Source: Eledone cirrhosa (Eukaryota). Taken from it: DNA of 64,000 nucleotides. Where the stretch lies: positions 19,468,001-19,532,000 of the forward strand of contig OZ024764.1 in the NCBI GenBank assembly GCA_964016885.1, written 5' to 3'. The notes under the pieces were generated by a model. The model had not been told where the DNA came from. It did no database searches and worked only from the letters and a program-made list of their open reading frames with translations. Made by a program: the position numbers and the translations under genes. Position 1 is the first letter of the stretch; each line of letters starts with the position of its first letter. This document shows positions 56,168 through 64,000 of this stretch, in pieces.

Positions 56168-56388
56168 TACTCGTGAGGGTACCTGGTTATTTCAGCACCT
56201 TAGCCACACCTTACCGAGGTGTTAGGTGATACCCGTGAGGGTACCTGGTTATTTCAACACCTTAGCCTCACCTTACCGAGGTATCAGGTGCTACCCGCGA
56301 GAGTACCTGGTTATTTCAGCCCCTTAGCCTCACCTTACCGAGGTATCAGGTGATACCCGTGTGGGTAACTGGTTATTTCAACACCTTA
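56168..56388 (+). repeat. 62-bp minisatellite, about 3.6 copies
   Basis: TACCCGTGAGGGTACCTGGTTATTTCARCACCTTAGCCTCACCTTACCGAGGTATCAGGTGA starting at 56168, 56230, 56292 and 56354. Confidence 0.95.
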
Positions 56389-56919
56389 GTAATGCTGCCA
56401 GTGTGTTGGCTTGCCTCAAAGTGTGTAGTTAACCCCTAAGGTGTGAGGTGTGGCCTATTATCACACCTGGTGGTCAATTGCCATCTCCCACTGTGTTTTT
56501 CTTTCCTTTATCATTATTGTTCAATAAATTATATTATTATACACAGTTTAGACGATATATTTGTAATGTCTTTCTCAAGGAATTGCCAGCAATTTATAAT
56601 GTTATTTACACACTTATGTTATTTATGTATATATTTAAAACATATTTACAACGTTATTCTACTGTAAATTTATACAATTGTAATAAAATATATTAATTAT
56701 ATCATCACATAATATAAAAACGACCTTTAGAATATTTAAATATTTAGTTTTGTTAATTTATTTTTCAGCAACAACAAAAGTTTTCACCTTAATTAATTAG
56801 AGGTAGGTAAAATATAGATAATTACGATAACATTTTATATTTCCAGTAATGAAACAAACAAGAAAATATATATTTGTGATGTGAAAAGTGAGCTTAAATC
56901 TACAATATTAATAGACATA

Positions 56920-57056
56920 ATACTTACATTATAGTCTCAGGTGTTTAGTATTTACAGAAATGTTGTCTAAATGTTGTTGTAGGAAGACTAACACGTGGAC
57001 AGGAAGTCGACAACTGCACCACTGCGCATGCTTCAAGGTTTTTTTGTGACGTAAAA
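56920..57056. promoter_or_regulatory. Candidate Pol II promoter / non-coding first exon
   Basis: CACGTG (56992), CAGGAAGT (57000), TGCGCATGC (57023) and TGACGTAA (57047) lie within 65 bp in an AT-rich context. Minus-strand GTAAGT donor at 56927-56922. Motif evidence only. Confidence 0.35.
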
Positions 57057-57403
57057 TATTTTTACCGAATTAAATTATGTAAAGTTTGTAATAAAAAAAT
57101 GAAGTTAAAAACAGTAAATGTAATTAAAATAGAGAAAGTAAGGTGTTGGTGGTGAAGAATGGACGGTAGACGTTTCACCTCAGTCTAGGTAGTGTATTTT
57201 ACCTGTGTCACTCGGACAATAGCCAGCGATGACCACTACACCAACCACTCTCTCCTTCAGGTGGTGTCCACTTTCGTGAGTCTGTAGAATAACAGGGCAG
57301 TTGAAAGACAGAAGACAGCAGAGGAGGTCTTGACTTGAAAAGAGTATCACTTAATACCTCGATATAACCTGTTGGTAGAAATAGTAGGGTGCTGGATCAA
57401 TCG

Positions 57404-57657
57404 AGTACCCTGGCAAAGATCACCGGGTATCTCGGTAAGATCGGGTAGTATGGAGGCTAAGTTGCCAGAAGAACTAAGTACCCTGACAGAGATAACCGGA
57501 TATCTCGGTAAGATCGCGTCATATGGAGAATAAGCTGCCAGGACAGCTAAGTACGCTGACAGAGATCACCAGGTATCTCGTTAAGATCGGGTCATATGGA
57601 GGCTAAACCGCCAGAACAGCTAAGTACCCTCACAAGAGTCATCGGGTATCTCAGTAA
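57404..57657 (-). repeat. 73-bp minisatellite, about 3.5 copies, inverted homologue of the 62-bp array
   Basis: AGTACC/G recurs at 57404, 57477, 57550 and 57623. The unit aligns to the reverse complement of the 62-bp unit with an insertion of about 11 bp. Confidence 0.9.
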
Positions 57658-57936
57658 AGCCAGCCGCCAACAGTGACAACAACTTCGTTGTCAGCAGCCC
57701 AGCTTCTCAAACATCACAGACTGGAATAAATACTTTGCCGATAATTACTGGTAGTTTAGCTTTTATTTCGTTGGTCTACAGAAGCAGTGACCCTCACTTT
57801 TACTACAGCATGTAGGATGTGGGAGAGAGACAAAAACATCACTAATGTGACAATTAGTTTTGAAAATACATATACAAGATACAAGATAAATGACTAGACT
57901 GAAATATATTTGATAGGGAATAAAGAGTAGAATATT

Positions 57937-58090
57937 CTAGTCTGTGGTGTTGGAGAAGTTTGGAGGAGATAGGTCCCTGACAACGAGGTTCTTGTTATCG
58001 TTGGCAGCTCTCCTTACCGAGGTGTCAGGTGATACATATGAGGGTGTTTGGTAGTTCCAACATCTTAGCCTTGCTATCACTCGAGGTAAG
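57937..58090 (+). repeat. Third copy of the 62/73-bp repeat family (unique flank plus about 1 unit)
   Basis: AGTCTGTGGTGTTGGAGAAG...CTGACAACGAGGTT...GTTGGCAGC is a diverged reverse complement of 57655-57724, then runs into CTTACCGAGGTGTCAGGTGATAC...CTTAGCCT. Confidence 0.8.
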
Positions 58091-58646
58091 ACTGTCTCAG
58101 AAAGTATTAGAGGGAGACTCCGGCACCCCATGTGATGTGAGACTGATTGACAGAGTGTTGACTTAATATTTTCATTTGTTGTGATTCAATGTGAAATATA
58201 TCTCTATGTAAGTAACTTGGTTACGTGAATCATTGTGAATCTCGTAAATACTTAAACAGAAATCTACTTAGGACACAAAATAAAGCAGAGTCCATTGTAC
58301 AAAACATATAAAGCACGTATATCAAAAAGAAGGGGGGATATAACAAGAGTTGTCTCCCCTTACATATGTTTTACAGTAGTGAACGTTTGTGTGTTTCTCT
58401 ATATATAAATATATATTTTTTTTTACGATCGACTTTTAGTCAAATCGGACCGAGGAAACAATGTTTCCATTGGTCTTTCCAATTGCTAATACTTTCTATC
58501 GGTCGCAACTACAGAAGACTGTCTCATACTTCTTTGAAAGATGTTTTCAAACAAACACGTGTACAAAATCCTATTGTGTTAAAAGTAATAATTACGTATG
58601 AAACAAATTATTCATTAAAGTAATTAGCAAATACGTTTTTATATAT

Positions 58647-59030
58647 GGTGTCTGGCAGGGAGACCCACTCGCCTCACTCCTATTGGTGCTGACAGTTGAC
58701 AACATGGTCTAGTTACCCCTGTCTGGTACCTAGATGACACAACCCTGGGTGGCCCGGCTGTGACAGGTTAAGGCCTCTCTATACCCCAGTATATTACAGT
58801 TCAACATAACTGGGATGACATCAATTGTAGGTCTCTTCACACCGGTCACCATCGAGACCTCAGAAGTACTTGGACCCCGTACTGCCAAGCTCCTCTGTAA
58901 GATCAGAACGTTGGTGGCCCTTCTGAAGAGGGAGCCCTATGAGGTTGGGGTGGCTGTTGTAGTGGGTGTCACTGTCCATCGTCCGGGGCGAATACTTTTG
59001 CAGTCTTATCCACAGGGCGCAGCACTTCTG
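58647..59030 (+). mobile_element. Heavily deleted CRE-like (restriction-like endonuclease) non-LTR retrotransposon remnant
   Basis: GVWQGDPLASLL...WYLDDTTLGGP (RT), closely followed by FTPVTIETSEVLGPRTAKLL...SLSIVRG, which resembles the C-terminus of CRE-type elements. Confidence 0.7.
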
Positions 59031-59210
59031 CCCCTTGACCTAGACCCAAAGCTCAATTATTTGCTTGTTGCTGTGGGTACTTTCGTATTTAGTTCTTTTA
59101 TGACCCTTCTTTGAAATGTAGTCTTTGTCTCATGTGGTGACCTCCTGGTAGTTAATGTAGCAGAACACACTGAAGGACATGCTGCCCTCCCTAGTGTTGG
59201 TAACCTACAT

Positions 59211-60570
59211 CAGACATGTCAAACATGCGGCCCTTTGCAAGCAAACCTGCGGCCCACACAAAGGTTTTTACAGTGCCACCATGTTTCATTTTCGTAATAT
59301 AAAATTTAAAGTTTTTTCGATACAATTATTTTTTTTGTGCAAATTTTGTCAACTACTTTTAACTTCCATTAATCACGTGCAGCTCATTAACAGAAAACTT
59401 TCTTTCAAAATTTCAAAAGTTTTTGTTTTTGAAATGGTTAGTGCTCCTCCAGCTAAGAGAAAAAGGAAACTGAACGAAGAAGGGCAAGTGTTTCAAGAAA
59501 AGTGGGAATTACAGTATTTTTGCTCAAGGCTGAACAGAAAGATACACTGTTTAATTTGCAACAACTACATCGTCACGCCCAAAGAGTACAATTTAAAAAG
59601 ACATTATGAAACAAACCCTCGATCTTACGATAAATATGAAGGCCCAATGTGTGTTTCAAGACTCAAGGAATTGAAGGTTAACTTGACACAGCAACAGACC
59701 TGTTTTATGTTAATTCAGGAAGAGGATGTCACTTCCGTAACTGCAAGCTATGAACTCAGTCGAATGATTGCCATGAGTGGGAAATCTTACAGTAAAGGAG
59801 ATTTTGTAAAGCAATGTCTTGTAAAAACAGCTGAAATTGTCCAGAGAAAGCAGAGTTATTCAAAGACATTTCATTAACCAGGAACACTGTTGCTGAACAG
59901 ATTAATGAAATGTCAGGTGATCTGAAACAAGTTAAAGGCTGTATCATCAAGGTTTGAACATGTTTCTATTGCTATTGAAGAGACTGTTGACATCACTGGA
60001 ATAGTACAGCTTGCATTCTTCATCAGGGCCTGTGACAGTGAATTTAATATTCATGAAGATCTGATTGAACTGGTCCCCATGCATGACACTATAACAAGCC
60101 AGGGCATCTTTGAGAAGGTCAAGCAGGGTCTGCATGGTTTTGATCTGAGTAAACTTGCATGTTTATCTACTGACAGTGCTGCAAATATGGTTGGTAGACA
60201 TAATGGTGTTGCTGCCAAGTTACAAACAAAAATAGAAAACTCATATCTAGATTCATCATTTGCACATTTTCACTGTATTATTCATCAGCAAAATTTATGT
60301 TCAAAGATTTTAAAATTGCATCATGTGGTTAGCTTGGTCACAAAGACAGTGAACTAAATCAGAAGCCATGCTCTCAACCACCAGATAATCAGTTCACCGA
60401 TGTTCCATTCTACACAGAAGATCTAAATTTAAGTAACAAATCTTTCTGCAATATATTTTATTAAATGACTTTAATTAGTGGTTGTGTACATAATTAGTTG
60501 CACTGTGCAACCCTCAGACAACACATGTGACCTATGTGGCCCTTAGGGAACCCTCAGTTTGTTATGCCTC
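59211..60570 (+). mobile_element. Internally deleted hAT transposon (Buster/SPIN/GTF2IRD2-like), 1,360 bp
   Basis: Perfect 8-bp TSD ACCTACAT (59203-10, 60571-78) with central TA. Degenerate TIRs CAGACATGTCAAAC / GTTTGTTATGCCTC. Transposase from ATG 59434: FQEKWELQYF, CLIC...YNLKRHY, RNTVA, STDSAANMVG, HCIIHQQNL. Frameshifted, C-terminus lost. Confidence 0.92.
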
Positions 60571-60578
60571 ACCTACAT

Positions 60579-60655
60579 GATAAACACACCCAACACAGGC
60601 TGTAATGTGGTTGGTCATGTGAAGGACATCTAGCCATAGAAAGCTTGCCCGACAA
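60579..60655 (+). mobile_element. SINE-like fragment flanking (interrupted by) the hAT
   Basis: CACCCAACAC...TGTAATGTGGTTGG...GAAGGACATCTAGCCATAGAAA resembles 61703-61762. Confidence 0.55.
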
Positions 60656-60889
60656 TAGTGTTGGAGAACCCTTCAATCATGACAAAAACATGACAACCTT
60701 TTCTGTGCACTCAGTAGCAAATGAGACCTTATGTAAATAAGTCTCAGATCCTTGGTCTGTCTAGAGATCAGTAGCCTCACTTCAGTACTTACTTGGTTGA
60801 AGTAGACTCATTAAACCCTTGCTAGCAGGGAAATCTGATGTTGATTATGTAACCTCAACCTCTTCTTATTAACCCACTTATTCCAGAGA

Positions 60890-61275
60890 GGGTCTTGGGG
60901 GCAGAATCCTCAAACACTCCCTTCAACAGGTCCTGTCAGAAGCAACCCACTCCAACTGATCTGGCTGGATCTCCCAGAGAGACCAGCCAAGCTCATGGAT
61001 GTTATGTGACCATCTTGCTCCAGTGTACCCCTGGGTCTCCTGCAGGTTAGTTTTGCCTGTAAAATCTATCCAGTGATTCGTTCCTTAAAAGACCCTTCAG
61101 ACGAATCCCATATCTGCCACTTGTATTCGCAATCATATTCTTTTGGTCATTACCCAAGATATGTGACCATAAGTAAGGGTTGGCACAAAAACCTAATTGA
61201 AGACAGCAAGTTTGGCTTTTATGCCTACCTCCCTTCTTCTGATTACTGAATATTGGAACTGGTGCATTACTGATA
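60890..61275 (-). mobile_element. RTE-clade LINE 3' fragment (Rex3/Expander-like)
   Basis: Minus strand reads SVIRRREVGIKAKLAVFN*VFVPTLTYGHISWVMTKRI*LRIQVADMGF, then RRPRG. Confidence 0.75.
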
Positions 61276-61279
61276 TTTC

Positions 61280-61700
61280 ACTGCCCACACTGCAAAGTGG
61301 TTGGGTAGGATATATGACAAAAAGCACCCAACCCACACTGTAAAGAACACACAGTCAACATTATAAGGTGGTCATGTAGGTGATATGACAAAAAGAAACC
61401 AGCCCACACTGCAAAGAACACACAGCCAACACTATAAGGCGGTCATGTAGGTGATATGACAAAAAGAAACCAGCCCACACTGTAAAGCGGTCATGTAGGT
61501 GAAAACAAAAAGAACCCAGCCAAAACTTTAAAGTGGTCGTGTAGGTATCACAACAAAAAGCACCCAGTCCACGCTATAAAGTGGTCATGTAGGTGTCACA
61601 ACAAAAAGCACCCAGCCCACACTGTAAAGTGGTCATATAGGTGTCACAACAAAAAGCACCCAGCCCACAGTATAAAGTGGTCGTGATGGTGAGATGGTAA
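61280..61700 (+). repeat. About 48-bp minisatellite (some longer, ~68-bp units) within a SINE-like element
   Basis: CACCCAGCCCACACTGTAAAGTGGTCATGTAGGTGTCACAACAAAAAG recurs, e.g. at 61561, 61609 and 61657. Confidence 0.9.
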
Positions 61701-61883
61701 AATGCATCCAGTACTCAATGTAAATAAGGTTGGTGCTAGGAAGGGCATCCAGCTGTAGAAACCAATCCAAAATTTGTTCTGTAGGAGCCAGACATGGTCA
61801 CCTGACCTGGCCTTGCTTACAACAGGATAACTCGTCTAACCCATGCCAGCGTGAAAAAACTGTTGTTAAACAGTGATGATGAT
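61700..61883 (+). mobile_element. 3' part of an RTE-dependent SINE with a LINE-like tail
   Basis: GGAAGGGCATCCAGCTGTAGAAACC...GTCTAACCCATGCCAGCGTGAAA...TAAACAGT(GAT)3 matches the RTE 3' end at 54361-54417. Confidence 0.8.
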
Positions 61884-62299
61884 ATAACATTTGTTTAATA
61901 ATGAATTCCAATCTCATTGTTAACAGCTATAGATGTCAGGATGTGAACCTTCTTACTGAAATATCTTCTCCATGTTAGTGGCTGAAGAAGATTTAGAAAA
62001 CTTTCACACAATAACAGTATTCCCTAACTTCTCCCCTAAAAAATACAAGACAAGCAGGGCCAGACTTTTACCTACTGAAGCCCTAAGCTATATGAAATTA
62101 GAGGTTCTTCTCTAAAAATATATAATTATCTTTTATATTAATGTTAATGATAAAGAATAAATAATATAATAAATATACCACCATAGGTGCTGAGGTGGCT
62201 AGCTGCTGGTGTGAGCCACATGAGATAGAATGTCTCTTCCAGCACATCTAGAACAACATGACCCTCTAATATCTAAATGATTTTTAATAGTTAAAATAT

Positions 62300-62375
62300 A
62301 CACATACGTATATATATATACACACACACACACACATTTTATTAAACAACACCACCAGCTCTCTCTCTCTCTCTT
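62300..62375. repeat. Compound microsatellite (TA)n(CA)n...(CT)n
   Basis: Directly visible. Confidence 0.9.
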
Positions 62376-62629
62376 CCATCTGTCTCCTCACTCTCACAAC
62401 CACTATCTCTTTCTCTCCCTATATATATCAAGGTACCAGAAAACCCCGTATCTTGGGAACCTGTGCTCCAATTTATACAAAAATTGTTTTATTCTTTTCA
62501 AAGTATTTCCCCATTATGCACTGTTTTATCTGTATTAAATTAGACAAGACACAATCACAGAGTTTTAGTAGTATATAGATAATATAGCTTCAAATTAAAG
62601 TTAGTAAACGACAGTTTGGAGAAATCTGT

Positions 62630-63075
62630 AACATTTATTAAACGTTGTTCAAGTTTGTCAATTCTATAGCACAATAGTTTGTTAATTAAAATGTTTAGTT
62701 AGATGTTCTACATATAAAGAAGAGAGAATACTTTACCACAAATATTACAGTGGTATAATGATTTTCCCATCTCTTCTGGAAAATATTCCTATGTTGATGT
62801 AAATATTTCTATTGTTCATAATTTTATCAAATGTGATCTTTGTCAATATCCAAATACTTTGAAAACTCCTTTGTAAATATCCAAAGTTCAATCAGAATGT
62901 AAAATCATCTTGTAAATATTCCAAACAGTGAAAAAGGAATATGTTGTTATTTATCTCAATTCAGAAGAAATATTTCACCATAATTCACCACAGACTAAAC
63001 AAGTTTATATCACTTGTATGTAACATCTTTCTGTTGTCTTTAAAAGACTCTTTTCTGTCAAGGACATGTGATATT
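62630..63075 (-). pseudogene. Relic terminal exon of a C2H2 zinc-finger gene
   Basis: Strong acceptor TTTCTCTCCTATTTCAG ending at 63076. 62770..62708 encodes MGKSLYHCNICGKVFSLLYM*, only the first half of one finger. AATAAA at 62639-62634. Confidence 0.65.
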
Positions 63076-63364
63076 CTGAAATAGGAGAGAAACATTATTA
63101 AGATATTTAGAAAATAGAGATACAACAGTGAAAACTTTACTACATCTCTATATTAATAGATATAAACCTTACATGGTGACACAAACACTGCAACACTAAC
63201 TTACAGGAAAACATCTAGTTACTTGATCTAGTTACTTCAATCAGGTGAAGAGATAAACTAGATTGACTTCATTCTCATCAGAAAACAGGATAGACAGATG
63301 GTTGGGAATATTAACTCCTTTACTGGAGAAGGACGTACCACTCAACATAGACTAGATACTAGGT

Positions 63365-63920
63365 TTAATATCTAGAGGGACTGACAGATACAAGACTATC
63401 TGGAGATAGAAGGGTTGGAGAGTAAAAGATCTCCCTGTTAAATATAAGATCTACAGGGATTGTGAGGGAGGTACAAGACAACCTAGAGAAAAGGGTTGGA
63501 GAGTAAAAGATCTCCCTGTTAAATATAAGATCTAGAAATACTGTGAAAGAGATACAAGACAATCTAGAGAAAAGGGTAGGGACAGTAAAAGATCTCCCTG
63601 TTAAATATAAGATCTAGAGGGATACCTAGAGAAAAGGGTAGGGATAGTAAAAGATCTCCCTGTTAAATATAAGATCTAGAGGGACTGTGAGAGAGGTACA
63701 AGACAACCTAGAGAAAAGGGTAGGGATAGTAAAAGATCTCCCTGTTAAATATAAGATCTAGAGGTACTGTGAGAGAGGTACAAGACAACCTAGAGAAAAG
63801 GGTAGAGACAGTAAAAGATCTCCCTGTTAAATATAAGATCTAGAGGAACTATGAGAGAGGTACAAGACAACCTAGAGAAAAGGGTAGGGACAGTAAAAGA
63901 TCTCCCTGTTAAATATAAAT
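63365..63920. repeat. 82-bp minisatellite, about 7 copies (one 62-bp deleted unit)
   Basis: The core CTCCCTGTTAAATATAA recurs at 63431, 63512, 63594, 63656, 63738, 63820 and 63902. Confidence 0.97.
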
Positions 63921-64000
63921 TCAGAGATGTTCTACATGATACATATAATAAGGAGGAGGAGATTGATAGCTATGACATAGAAGATATCTGGAAGTTTCTT

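Noticed and set aside
55311-58623. Small ORFs at 55311, 56443, 56448, 57937 and 58366
   Set aside because: AT-rich, low-complexity or repeat-derived, with no recognisable domains.
59179-60357. Host GTF2IRD2/ZBED-type domesticated gene
   Set aside because: Frameshifted, truncated and bounded by TIRs and a TSD, so it is a dead transposon copy.
63365-63562. 65-aa minus-strand ORF
   Set aside because: Translation of the 82-bp minisatellite.

Overview
Eukaryotic, repeat-dominated DNA with no intact protein-coding gene. The repeat repertoire and the style of a C2H2 remnant suggest a cephalopod, probably Octopus; this is an inference. Bases 1-49,772 are one very homogeneous 39-bp AT-rich tandem satellite (about 1,275 monomers, running off the left edge). 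It has nested, variable higher-order duplications and three variant-defined zones. All the huge minus-strand 'MSLITTFISQFNL' ORFs are by-products of its stop-free 13-codon frame. The array ends exactly at a TTAA-flanked piggyBac-like MITE. The remaining 14 kb holds several degenerate RTE LINE pieces, a deleted Tc1/mariner (maT-like) element, a deleted hAT (Buster/SPIN-like) element with an 8-bp TSD, a CRE-like LINE remnant, SINE fragments and several minisatellites (31, 48, 62/73, 82 bp). It also holds a candidate promoter motif cluster and a minus-strand C2H2 zinc-finger gene relic that seems to have lost its finger array. I found no convincing novel protein-based system. The best leads are the satellite architecture and boundary, the inverted 62/73-bp array family, and the ZNF relic.
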